A stretch of 64,000 nt of DNA from Thermoplasmata archaeon (GTDB lineage: Archaea > Thermoplasmatota > Thermoplasmata > Lutacidiplasmatales > UBA184). The stretch lies in assembly GCA_035625085.1 (NCBI GenBank), contig DASPQG010000078.1:2151-66150 (forward strand), in the 5' to 3' direction. The notes under the pieces were generated by a model. The model had not been told where the DNA came from, ran no database searches, and saw nothing but the letters and a program-made list of their open reading frames with translations. The position numbers were made by a program, and so were the translations under genes. Below, piece after piece: positions 7,569-15,870 of this stretch. How positions within the stretch are numbered: position 1 is the first letter of the stretch; every line of letters begins with the position of its first letter.

Positions 7569-8555
7569 CTACTCCTTTCTCCCTTCGGCCCCCGCCGCGA
7601 CATGGGCGAGAACCGCTTCTAGTTGGATGCGGTCCGAAGCGCCCTGCGCGAGCCGGAAGTCCACTTCGCCCAGGTACTCGAGGAGGCGCACCTTGTCGCG
7701 CGCCGACAGCAGGTTCTCGGGGATGTCCGGCAGGTAGCTGTGGATCGCCCTCAGGATATCTTCACCGGAAGCCCCTCGCTCCACGAAGAGCGAGAAGAGC
7801 CGGTCCCGAGCCTCGCGAAAGTTCCCGGAGAGGGCCGCCGAGAGCATCCCCTCGACCTCGCGGCGGAGCGGTACGGTAGCGTACTCCTTGATCGTCTCCG
7901 CGGAGATGTTGTCCGTGTGCGTGCCGGCAAGCTGAAGGAGATTGGTCGCCCGCCGCATGTCCCCACCGCTCGCCGTCAGGATCGTTTCGAGCGCGTCGGC
8001 CGAGAGCTTCTTGCCTTCCGCGGTCGCCACGCGTTTGAGTTGGGTACGGACGGCGTCGGGGGAGTAGGCGCGGAACCGGAACACGGCGCACCGCGACTGG
8101 ATCGGGTCGATGATCCGCGAGGAGTAGTTGCAGGAGAGGATGAACCGGCACGACCCCGAGTAGCGTTCCATCATTCGGCGAAGCGCCCCTTGCGCTTCGG
8201 AGGTGAGGTTGTCGGCCTCGTCGAGGAATAGGAGCTTGAACCCGATGTCGCCGAGCGGAGCGGTGCGCGCGTACTGCTTGATCGTCGTCCGGACCGTGTC
8301 GATCCCGCGTTCATCCGACGCGTTCGTCTCCAGGAAGTTCTGGCGCCATTCGGTCCCGTAGAGGTCTCGTGCCAGGGCGAGTGCCGCGGTGGTCTTCCCG
8401 CTCCCCGGCGGTCCGGCGAACAGGAGGTGCGGCATCGACCGCTTCTCCGCGTACGACCGGAGCAGCGGAATGATCGCCTCCTGGCCGACCATGTCCTTGA
8501 GGGAGGTGGGCCGGTACTTTTCGACCCAAACGGCCTCGGACCCGCGAGCCGCCAT
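7569..8555 (-). CDS. rfcS: replication factor C small subunit
   Basis: Track ORF 7569..8867 trimmed to ATG 8555 (MAARGSEAVWVEKYRPTSL...). Walker A GPPGSGKTT, LDEADNLT and SRC motif (IQSRCAVFRF). No intein. Confidence 0.93.
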   Translation of the reverse strand: MAARGSEAVWVEKYRPTSLKDMVGQEAIIPLLRSYAEKRSMPHLLFAGPPGSGKTTAALALARDLYGTEWRQNFLETNASDERGIDTVRTTIKQYARTAPLGDIGFKLLFLDEADNLTSEAQGALRRMMERYSGSCRFILSCNYSSRIIDPIQSRCAVFRFRAYSPDAVRTQLKRVATAEGKKLSADALETILTASGGDMRRATNLLQLAGTHTDNISAETIKEYATVPLRREVEGMLSAALSGNFREARDRLFSLFVERGASGEDILRAIHSYLPDIPENLLSARDKVRLLEYLGEVDFRLAQGASDRIQLEAVLAHVAAGAEGRKE

Positions 8556-8587
8556 TTCGCTACCGCCAGCTCTCGCGGGCGAGCTAA

Positions 8588-9052
8588 TTAGGGTTTCTCG
8601 GCGCGAGGGACCGCACGCGCCAACGGTCGGGTGTTCGACCTTGCCTCGAGCCACCGTTCGTCCCGGCGGTGCCGGCGCAACGCCTCCGCGAGCACCCGGC
8701 CGTACTGGCCGAGCGCCTGCCGGTGACCGCCGTGACCGTCGGACTCGACCACTCGGTAGAACCACCAGAACTGCTCCAACGAGGTGTCGAACCACTCGTG
8801 ATCGTGCAGGATCACTTGGGCGCCGCGGGCCGTTTCCCCGCCTGCCGATCGCAGGGGAGCGACCCATCGGTCGGCCTCCTTCCGGTGGGATCGAACCGCA
8901 TCCTCCACCGCGTCGATCGCCGCTTGGATGTCACGGAGGGGGTACTCCTCGAGCAGCACGAGGCTGTAGCTCCACCGCTCGAGCCAATCGATGAGGTCGT
9001 CGAACGCCGGCGGAGGGGAGCGAATGTCGACCTCGGGCCGAGGAAAGGGCAC
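8588..9052 (-). CDS. hypothetical protein (His/Trp-rich helical; hemerythrin-like is only a guess)
   Basis: 154-aa ORF ending 32 nt upstream of rfcS on the same strand, with coding-like composition. No firm motif (ILHDHEWFDTSLEQFWWF, DGHGGH). Confidence 0.5.
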   Translation of the reverse strand: MPFPRPEVDIRSPPPAFDDLIDWLERWSYSLVLLEEYPLRDIQAAIDAVEDAVRSHRKEADRWVAPLRSAGGETARGAQVILHDHEWFDTSLEQFWWFYRVVESDGHGGHRQALGQYGRVLAEALRRHRRDERWLEARSNTRPLARAVPRAEKP

Positions 9053-9365
9053 CCCCGCCCATCCGGCCGACTCGGGAAAGCGGTTGCGGCGCTTCGATTC
9101 GCTATCGCTCGGCGCTCACCGAGCGTGAGTTTCGCGTGTGCGTCCGGGGAATACCCCTCCGAACCATTCCGAACTCGATGAACGGCCTCTACGCGAGAAC
9201 CGCCATAGAAATCGCCACCAACCGCCGAGAGCACCCCGAGACTCCGTCCGTCCGGGACGCTTCGAGTTACGCAGGACGCCGCGGGCTCGTTCCGGAGCAA
9301 CGGTACTGGACGCGTCCCATGGAGTGGATCACTGGGACCTGAGCCCGCCTAGTAGTGCCACTGAC

Positions 9366-9411
9366 GGACGCGGGAGCTTTCCGCTACCCGCGTCCCAACC
9401 TTTGTTCTTTG
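9366..9411 (+). terminator. strong hairpin followed by a T-rich tract, with no annotated plus-strand gene upstream
   Basis: GGACGCGGGAGC-TTTCC-GCT(A)CCCGCGTCC forms a 12-bp stem with one bulge at 9366..9395. CAACC follows, then TTTGTTCTTT at 9401..9410. Confidence 0.35.
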
Positions 9412-9454
9412 TACGACAGGGACCCACCCGCCGGTGGCCCTCCCGAAACCGGCC

Positions 9455-10504
9455 CTAGGTATCTGGGGGAGGAGCCCACGACGCACCCACCGGCACCTTC
9501 ACCAGGTTGGTGCGGGCCTTGAGTTTCCGGTCGAGGCGATAGAGCAGGTAGACGAATATCGCCGTCACGCCGAGAATCCCAGGGACCAGGATGAACTCGA
9601 TGAGGACGTCCCAAGCGAACAGGGCCGAGAGCATACCGACCGCAAACCGGAACTCGGAGCGTTCCAGATCCTGAGTCCCGACCCTTACGAGCAGGACCAC
9701 GAGCACTCCGCCGTTGGCCACCAGCACGAGCGACGCGCTGGCCAAGGCGGGGATCGCACGCGTGCTCGCCATCACCAGCACGATGACGTAGACCGCGAAC
9801 TCCACGGCTCCCAGAAAGACCAGCGCCGTCCGCCCCAGTCTCGGCGGCCCGGGAACGGTCCTCAGCAGATCGCGCGGCACCCAGATGGCCAGAGTCGCCA
9901 GCGTTGCGACGACCGCGAGGAAAAGAAGGAGCACGGGCGGAGACGGCCCGTGGCCGACCACGAATGCTCCGAACCCCGCGACCTCCCCGAAGAAAAGCAC
10001 TGCGAGCAGCGTCACGGTGCGGGGCGTGAGCCAGCGGTGGTCGCGCTCCTCCGGGAACCAGAGCCGAACCAAGAGAATGGGCAGGGCAATCGAGTAGGTC
10101 GCGTGGAAGAGGGTGAGGAGGAGCGCCCATAGCCAGTTGACCCCGAAGAGATGGCCGTAGGACCCCAGGGCGCCCACAGGGGTTCCCGACGGTTGGAAGA
10201 AGGTGTGCACCTCGAAGCCTTCCTCAGCAATCCCGTACGCGGCCCCGAGTAAGAGGATCGAGGCCCACCCCTTACGGTAGACCACCGCGAACTCACGGAT
10301 CAGGAGCGCACCCGATCCGTAGAGGGCGATGTCGAGGGGAAAGCCGACGGCGAATCCGACCGGATTGAAAACGAGATTCGAGATCGGAGTAGAGCCCGTC
10401 AGAAGCTCCGGGATCGACGGGGCGAGCAGAAGGAGGGAGAGCGCCGGCAGGTTGCGACGCACCCAGCTCCGAAACCGACCCGGGGCCTCTCCTCGACGGG
10501 CCAC
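9455..10504 (-). CDS. integral membrane protein, about 9-10 TM, unknown function
   Basis: 349-aa ORF dominated by hydrophobic helices (LSLLLLAPSIPELL, WASILLLGAAYGIAEEGFE, LWALLLTLFHATYSIALPILLV and others). Confidence 0.7.
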   Translation of the reverse strand: MARRGEAPGRFRSWVRRNLPALSLLLLAPSIPELLTGSTPISNLVFNPVGFAVGFPLDIALYGSGALLIREFAVVYRKGWASILLLGAAYGIAEEGFEVHTFFQPSGTPVGALGSYGHLFGVNWLWALLLTLFHATYSIALPILLVRLWFPEERDHRWLTPRTVTLLAVLFFGEVAGFGAFVVGHGPSPPVLLLFLAVVATLATLAIWVPRDLLRTVPGPPRLGRTALVFLGAVEFAVYVIVLVMASTRAIPALASASLVLVANGGVLVVLLVRVGTQDLERSEFRFAVGMLSALFAWDVLIEFILVPGILGVTAIFVYLLYRLDRKLKARTNLVKVPVGASWAPPPDT

Positions 10505-10596
10505 GTCATCGATTGCTCGAGGCGGTTACTTGAAACATCGGTCGGAGAGCGCCGGGCCGGAGTTATTAGCCGAGACGGCCCTCCGGCCGGGGGACG

Positions 10597-11391
10597 ATGC
10601 GCGAAGCTCTCGCCCATGTGGCCTTCCGAGGGACGATCCGGGAGCGAACGGTGGAGCCGTACCTGCGGCTCCTCAAGGTACTTCGATACAAACGTCGTGT
10701 GAAGGGAGTCCTCCTCGACCTCTCGAGCGGAGGCGGGGAGGCGATCGCTTCGATGGACTTCTACCTCGGCGTGAAGCGGCTCAACGAGGTGAAGCCGGTG
10801 TACGCCTCCATCGGGTCTATCGGGGCGTCCGGCGCGTACATGGCCGCGCTCGGTGCGCGGAAGATCTTCGCGTATCCGGAGTCCGATGTCGGCTCGATCG
10901 GGGTGATTTCAGCCCACTTCGCCGTTCGGGACCTGCTGCGCCGCCTTGGGGTCTCGGTCGAGCTTCTCCACGCGGGCGTCCACAAAGACGCCTACCAAGG
11001 GTACCGCCCGCTCACCGAGGTCGAACGGGCCAAGCTGCAGGCGATCACCCAAGAAGGGTACGACGTGTTCGTGCACCTCGTGGCTCAAGAGCGCAAGAAG
11101 ACGGTGGAGGAAGTCCTCCCGCTCGCCACGGGAGAGTTCTGGACGGGAAGTCAAGCGCTCAGGCTCGGTCTCATCGATGGGCTTGCCGACCGGGAAGCCG
11201 CGCTCGAAGCGCTGGCGGAGGTGACGGGCGTCTCCTCCCGTCGGACGCTCCGACTGAGCCCGCCGAGGCCGCTTTTCGACCGACTCCTGAACGGTAGCGC
11301 ATCGAGTCTCGGCTCCGGGCTCGTCAGCCGGATCCAGGACGCTATCGAAGACGCGGTCCTCGAGGGCGAGCGCTACTCGTTCCGCCGGTAG
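10597..11391 (+). CDS. sppA: signal peptide peptidase SppA (S49 family, 36K type)
   Basis: 264-aa ORF with LDLSSGGGEA, SIGSIGASGAYMAALGA, SDVGSIGV and FWTGSQALRLGLIDGL. Confidence 0.85.
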   Translation: MREALAHVAFRGTIRERTVEPYLRLLKVLRYKRRVKGVLLDLSSGGGEAIASMDFYLGVKRLNEVKPVYASIGSIGASGAYMAALGARKIFAYPESDVGSIGVISAHFAVRDLLRRLGVSVELLHAGVHKDAYQGYRPLTEVERAKLQAITQEGYDVFVHLVAQERKKTVEEVLPLATGEFWTGSQALRLGLIDGLADREAALEALAEVTGVSSRRTLRLSPPRPLFDRLLNGSASSLGSGLVSRIQDAIEDAVLEGERYSFRR

Positions 11392-11406
11392 CCTCCCCGA
11401 AAGCGG

Positions 11407-11413
11407 TTATATA
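11407..11413 (+). promoter_or_regulatory. TATA box (TTATATA) with a purine-rich BRE-like GAAAGCGG upstream, for secG
   Basis: Located 33 nt before ATG 11440, with no SD-like sequence in between. Confidence 0.5.
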
Positions 11414-11439
11414 GCGACCTCACGCTTCACGGGTTCGAC

Positions 11440-11601
11440 ATGCCGGAGAAACGCCAGCGGGGCTTCTCGAGCGCCGCCGGTCTCATCCAGTACTACGACA
11501 TGGAGGAGACGCGGGCGCTCAAGCTCAATCCCTATCTCGTGATGGGAATGGGGCTGGCGGCCGCCGTCTTCATCGAAGTGCTGAACTGGCGGCTGATCTA
11601 G
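11440..11601 (+). CDS. secG: preprotein translocase subunit Sec61beta (archaeal SecG)
   Basis: 53-aa ORF below the track cutoff: MPEKRQRGFSSAAGLIQYYDMEETRALKLNPYLVMGMGLAAAVFIEVLNWRLI. It has the SAGL-x-YYD motif plus a single C-terminal TM. A TTATATA box lies 33 nt upstream. Confidence 0.85.
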   Translation: MPEKRQRGFSSAAGLIQYYDMEETRALKLNPYLVMGMGLAAAVFIEVLNWRLI

Positions 11602-11628
11602 TTCGACGTGGACCCGCCCGTTCGGTCG

Positions 11629-12615
11629 TCAGCTGCTCACGGCCGCGGCGGCTATTCGGAGCGGGCGCTCGACGGGGCTGCGTCCGGGAAGAAACCGACC
11701 CTCGTTGGACCAGCCTAGCAGAACGACCTTGGAATCTGGTGACTCGTCGAGGAACTGATAACCGGTGCGCGTGGCGAGCCGGTGGGCGAACTCGGCGACG
11801 TCGCCGTGGGTCGGCTCCTGGTCCCGCCCCAGCCGCCGCCGGGACTTGCCCATGTAGACGTACCCCTTGGGCTCGATGAAATCCGGACGCGCCTCAAGAT
11901 CGAGCTCCGCGTAGGATTCGACCCAGCCGAGATTCCAACCCTTCACCAGGGTATGGCGGACCACGCGGCGGGTCTTGAGGTCGCGGACGATGCGGAGCGA
12001 CTCGAGCAGGCGCTCCCACGCGTCGTCTTGCGCCGGCAGCGTGAGACGACGGAACACCTGCGCATTCGGGGCGGTCACCGAAACGTAGAGCTGCGTCGGC
12101 AGCGGGTCGAGAGCGCGGAGCGCGTCCGGGTTCGTGCCGTTGGTCACGAGGAACGTCGTGATTCCGCGCTCGTGACAGAGCTCGAGGAACCGGTTCATCT
12201 TCGGGTAGAGCGTCGGTTCCCCGGTGAGGGAGATCGCGATGTGGCGGGGGGTCTGGGACTCTTCCCACCGTTCCGGCACGACGGAGGGGTCTCCCTTGAA
12301 TCCCGAGAGGATGCGCCGCTGCGCCTCGACGGAACGGTCGAGCAGCGTCTCGGGGTCGTCGAACTCGGGCATCGATTCGTCGTTTTCCCACCCTTGGTTT
12401 CTCCAGCAGAAGCGGCAGTGGAGATTGCACGAATCGATCGCCGGGGACATCTGCAGACACCGGTGACTCTCGATGCCGTAGAAGCGGCCCTTGTAGCAGT
12501 CCCGTCCCCGGGCGAGCGACTCCCGCGACCAGTAGCAGAGCTTGACGGCGCTGTGCTTGCCCACGAGCTGGTATCCCTGCCCGGTGAGCTCGTTCGAAAG
12601 GTCCTGGTCCGCCAT
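11629..12615 (-). CDS. taw1: tRNA 4-demethylwyosine synthase (radical SAM, Taw1/TYW1)
   Basis: 328-aa ORF with GKHSAVKLCYW, radical-SAM CNLHCRFCWR and ISLTGEPTLYP. Confidence 0.9.
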   Translation of the reverse strand: MADQDLSNELTGQGYQLVGKHSAVKLCYWSRESLARGRDCYKGRFYGIESHRCLQMSPAIDSCNLHCRFCWRNQGWENDESMPEFDDPETLLDRSVEAQRRILSGFKGDPSVVPERWEESQTPRHIAISLTGEPTLYPKMNRFLELCHERGITTFLVTNGTNPDALRALDPLPTQLYVSVTAPNAQVFRRLTLPAQDDAWERLLESLRIVRDLKTRRVVRHTLVKGWNLGWVESYAELDLEARPDFIEPKGYVYMGKSRRRLGRDQEPTHGDVAEFAHRLATRTGYQFLDESPDSKVVLLGWSNEGRFLPGRSPVERPLRIAAAAVSS

Positions 12616-12696
12616 CGCTCGGCGGCTCGACCGAAGGTTTACCCATAAGGCTTTGCGAATCCGCCCGTCGACCTCGGTGCGTCGGGGGGGAACAGG

Positions 12697-13941
12697 GTGG
12701 ATCGCAATGTTCGCTGGCTGGGGGCCAGCGGGGCGATCCGGGCGACCGGGCAGAGCCTGGTTCTGCCGTTCATCGTGCTCTACCTCCGGAACGTCCTCGG
12801 GATAGGGTACGTCGAAATCGGGGTGCTCGTCGCCCTCACCGGTGTCGCGCCGCTCCTGATCAACCCGCTGGCGGGATTGCTCACCGATCGGGCGGGTCGT
12901 CGCCGGGTGTTCCTGATCGCGCTCACGATCGAGGCCGCCTCCTACCTCGGGCTCGCCGTTGCGATGCAGGCCCGCTCGCTCCTCGAGGTGTTCCTCTTGG
13001 CGACCGAAATCCAGGTGGTAGGAGCGATCGCCGGTCCGGCGATTTCCGCCTACGTCGCCGACTTCACTCAGGGCTCCGACCGGACGCTCGGCTTCACGTG
13101 GCTCCGAATCGGGTGGAACGTCGGATTCACTGTCGGAGTTCTCGTCGGGGGGTCCCTCATCGGGCTACTGGGGTTCGTCGACGTAGCACTGGCGGCGGGC
13201 GTCGTGCTGCTCGCCGGAACGGCGTTCGTGGCCGCGTTCCTCGACCCTTCTCCCTACGACCTCGCCCGAGTTCGTTCCCGGAGGGGCTCGTCCGAAACCA
13301 GTCCCCGGCCGCGGCCGGGCTCGATCCGGCAGAGCCTAGCGGTCCTCGCCCGCGACCGACCGTTCCTAGCGTTTTGCGGAGCCTGTGCGATTTCCCAGCT
13401 GACCGTCGGGCAGTGGGGCACGATCTTCCCCCTCTACGTCAACAGCGTGCTGGGGATTCCGTACGCCATCCTTGGTGCGGGCCTCGCCCTCAACGGACTG
13501 ATCGTGGTATTCGGCCAGGCACCGATGACCCGCGCGTCCCTTGGCCGGCGACACACGCTCCTGTACGTCCTCAGCATCGCGCTGTACGCGGCCGGTTTCC
13601 TCTTGCTCGGAGTCGTGGGACAATGGTCGTTCCACCTGGTCCCCGCCTTCTTCGCGGTCGTCTTCGTCCTCACGCTCGGCGAGAATTTCGGATCGATCCC
13701 CAGCACCACGCTTCCGTCGAACCTCGCCAGCCCGACAGAAATCGGCGCCTACAACGGGATCTTTCTGGCCATCCTCGGGGTGGGCCAGATCCTGGCCCCC
13801 GTGCTGGGAGGCGTGGTCCTCGCGACGAGCTCGAGCCCGCTGCTGGTCTGGTCGGTGCTGGTGGCACCCGTCGTACCGGCCGGTGCGATCCTCGCGCTCT
13901 ACGTGACCCCCCGCCTTCGGGCCGAGGCGAACACCGCGTAG
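12697..13941 (+). CDS. MFS transporter
   Basis: 414-aa ORF with about 12 TM in two bundles. MFS loop motif GLLTDRAGRRRV lies between TM2 and TM3. Confidence 0.85.
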   Translation: MDRNVRWLGASGAIRATGQSLVLPFIVLYLRNVLGIGYVEIGVLVALTGVAPLLINPLAGLLTDRAGRRRVFLIALTIEAASYLGLAVAMQARSLLEVFLLATEIQVVGAIAGPAISAYVADFTQGSDRTLGFTWLRIGWNVGFTVGVLVGGSLIGLLGFVDVALAAGVVLLAGTAFVAAFLDPSPYDLARVRSRRGSSETSPRPRPGSIRQSLAVLARDRPFLAFCGACAISQLTVGQWGTIFPLYVNSVLGIPYAILGAGLALNGLIVVFGQAPMTRASLGRRHTLLYVLSIALYAAGFLLLGVVGQWSFHLVPAFFAVVFVLTLGENFGSIPSTTLPSNLASPTEIGAYNGIFLAILGVGQILAPVLGGVVLATSSSPLLVWSVLVAPVVPAGAILALYVTPRLRAEANTA

Positions 13942-13961
13942 TCCGGAGGCGGGCGACGGTC

Positions 13962-14855
13962 CTACGTGAACTCTTCCCGCTCGAAGAAGAACAGCCCCGC
14001 GAACGTCGTTCCGATCCAGTAGCCGAGCATGACGCCGATCCCCTCGAGGTAGGTGGGGTTGTACGCGGTGGAGGTGACGCGGGTGAATGGGTTCCGTACG
14101 TGCTGGATGTGCGCGGGTACCCCGCTGAGCGGATAGCCGATCACTCCGTTCGCGTAGGAGAGCATGAACCACGGCTCGATGTGCGCCAAGTCGAGGACGA
14201 CCGTCTGCACGATGCTGAACCCGAACAGGAACAACACGGCGACGACGAGGACCGCGTAGACGCTCGTCTTGAACATCGAGCTGAACAGGAAAACGAATCC
14301 CATCAACGCGAGAAGGTAGAGGATCGCGAGCGCAATCGATGCCGCGAGTGGGCCGAGGTCCGAGAACGCTCCGACCCCGAGGTAGTACGTGCCGTTGCCC
14401 ATGATGATCGCGAGGTAGACGAGGATCGAGACCAGGGAGGCCAATAGCACCGCGAGGTACTTGCCCGCGTACACGGTGGCCCGGCGCACGGGGAGACCCA
14501 TCAGGAAGTAGCCCGTCTTGTTCTGGAACTCCCCCGCGATCGCGTCTCCGCCGAAGATGATCCCGGCGAACAGGATCAGAAACGTCGCGCCGCCCGCCCA
14601 GAGGCCTCCGTAGAAGTCGTTCGCGTTATCGAGGAGGGAAGACGGCCGGAAGTAGGCCACGACGGCGGTCAGGATGGCACCCGTCGCGGCCACGATCGCC
14701 ATCATCAGGATGAACCGCCGGGAGCGGAGGTAATCCCGGAACTGGTAGCGGGAGAGGAGGAGCACTTGCTGGAACGTGCTCGGGACCTGCCCGAGGGTTC
14801 CGTCCCCTCCGGCCGCCCCACCCTCGGTCGGGACCGGTACCGGGATCGCGCTCAT
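13962..14855 (-). CDS. ABC-2 type transporter permease
   Basis: 297-aa polytopic membrane ORF. Its start overlaps the stop of the upstream ABC ATPase by ATGA. Confidence 0.8.
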   Translation of the reverse strand: MSAIPVPVPTEGGAAGGDGTLGQVPSTFQQVLLLSRYQFRDYLRSRRFILMMAIVAATGAILTAVVAYFRPSSLLDNANDFYGGLWAGGATFLILFAGIIFGGDAIAGEFQNKTGYFLMGLPVRRATVYAGKYLAVLLASLVSILVYLAIIMGNGTYYLGVGAFSDLGPLAASIALAILYLLALMGFVFLFSSMFKTSVYAVLVVAVLFLFGFSIVQTVVLDLAHIEPWFMLSYANGVIGYPLSGVPAHIQHVRNPFTRVTSTAYNPTYLEGIGVMLGYWIGTTFAGLFFFEREEFT

Positions 14856-15799
14856 GCGTCCCCCACGGAGATCTCTCGAAGGTAGACCTCCTCGAGGGCG
14901 CTCCGGGACTCTCGGAAGCTCACCAATCCGAGCCCGAGCCCCGCCAGTTGCGAGAGCAGGCGCGACTGCTCGGGAAGGCCCCCCTTCACCTGAAGGGTGA
15001 GCCGGGTCGGGCTATCCCGCGACCAGCTCACGACCCCGGGAAGCGGTTGGACCTTCTCGGCGACGACGGCATCGTCGATCGGGGAGGTGAACTCCGCCTC
15101 GATCCCCCGGACGCCGCCACCGAGCCGGTCGGCCACCTTCGCGAGGCGGTCCGCGAAGAGGAGCTTTCCGCGGTCGAGCAACGCGACCTCGTCGCAGACG
15201 TCAACGACCTCGCTCAGGATGTGGCTGCTCATGAAAATCAGTCGGTTCTCGTTCTTGAGGCCCCGGACGATGCTCCGCACCTCGGCCATCCCGCGCGGGT
15301 CGAGCCCGGTGCTCGGCTCGTCCAGAATCACGACGTCGGGGTCGGAGAGGAGCGCCGCCGCGATGTTCACCCGCTGCTTCATCCCCTTCGAAAAGCGACC
15401 GACCTTCTGGTTGGCCCACTCCGTCATCTTCACCTCGTCGAGGACGATCGCGGTCCGGGCGCGAATTTCCTCCGGCCGCATTCCGCGCAGCGCCCCGCTC
15501 ATCTCGAACGCTTCCCGGGGGGTCAACGCCGGGTAGATCTCCGGGGACTCGATCAGGTCGCCGCAGGTCGAGAGCGCCTGCTTGCGGTCCGTCTGCACGC
15601 AGACGCCGTTGATGAACGCCTGGCCCTCGGTGGGGAAGATGAGGTCGGTGAACATCTTCAGGGTCGTCGTCTTGCCGGCTCCGTTCGGGCCTAGGAAACC
15701 GACGCACTTCGCCCCCTCGACCTTGAGGTTGAGATGGTCGAGCGCGGTGAACGAACCGAACCGCTTCGTCAATCCCACCGCTTCGAGACTGGGCGTCAT
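14852..15799 (-). CDS. ABC transporter ATP-binding protein
   Basis: Track ORF 14852..16075 trimmed to ATG 15799 (MTPSLEAVGLTKRF...). Walker A GPNGAGKTT, signature FSKGMKQR and Walker B VVILDEPSTGLD. Confidence 0.92.
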   Translation of the reverse strand: MTPSLEAVGLTKRFGSFTALDHLNLKVEGAKCVGFLGPNGAGKTTTLKMFTDLIFPTEGQAFINGVCVQTDRKQALSTCGDLIESPEIYPALTPREAFEMSGALRGMRPEEIRARTAIVLDEVKMTEWANQKVGRFSKGMKQRVNIAAALLSDPDVVILDEPSTGLDPRGMAEVRSIVRGLKNENRLIFMSSHILSEVVDVCDEVALLDRGKLLFADRLAKVADRLGGGVRGIEAEFTSPIDDAVVAEKVQPLPGVVSWSRDSPTRLTLQVKGGLPEQSRLLSQLAGLGLGLVSFRESRSALEEVYLREISVGDA

Positions 15800-15870
15800 G
15801 CTCGTCCGGAATTGCGGAGGTCTGCCGAGTGGACTAAAAAGCGTGCCGCCCCCACCGCAGTGCCGAAGGG

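Noticed and set aside
9140-9260. 5S rRNA-like stretch. CCATTCCGAACTCG resembles the conserved 5S loop C region. The 121-nt segment has complementary ends (GCGTCC...GGACGC).
   Set aside because: The motif sits about 10 nt too close to the 5' end to leave room for helix II. The 3' half (CGCCACCAACCGCCGAGAGCACCCCGAGACTCC) is C/A-rich with too few G residues to form helices IV and V. The loop E consensus (GATGGTA...GAGAGTAGG type) is absent. A cmsearch with the 5S model would settle it.
9271-9320. SRP RNA helix-8-like sequence. GGAGCAACGGTA followed by GGACG recalls the archaeal ...GGAAGGGAGCAACGGUAGGCAGGACG... as I remember it.
   Set aside because: The apical loop is GTTCCG rather than a GNAR tetraloop. 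I could not build the long helix 5 from the flanks because both are C-rich. No UGUAAC-type Alu-domain motif was found. The match rests on my memory of one reference sequence.
9366-9398. RNase P CR-I-like GCGGAAAGCTCC on the minus strand of the hairpin.
   Set aside because: It has an extra nucleotide relative to GGAAAGUCC. None of the other conserved RNase P regions (GGUAA, ACAGAA-type) are visible nearby.
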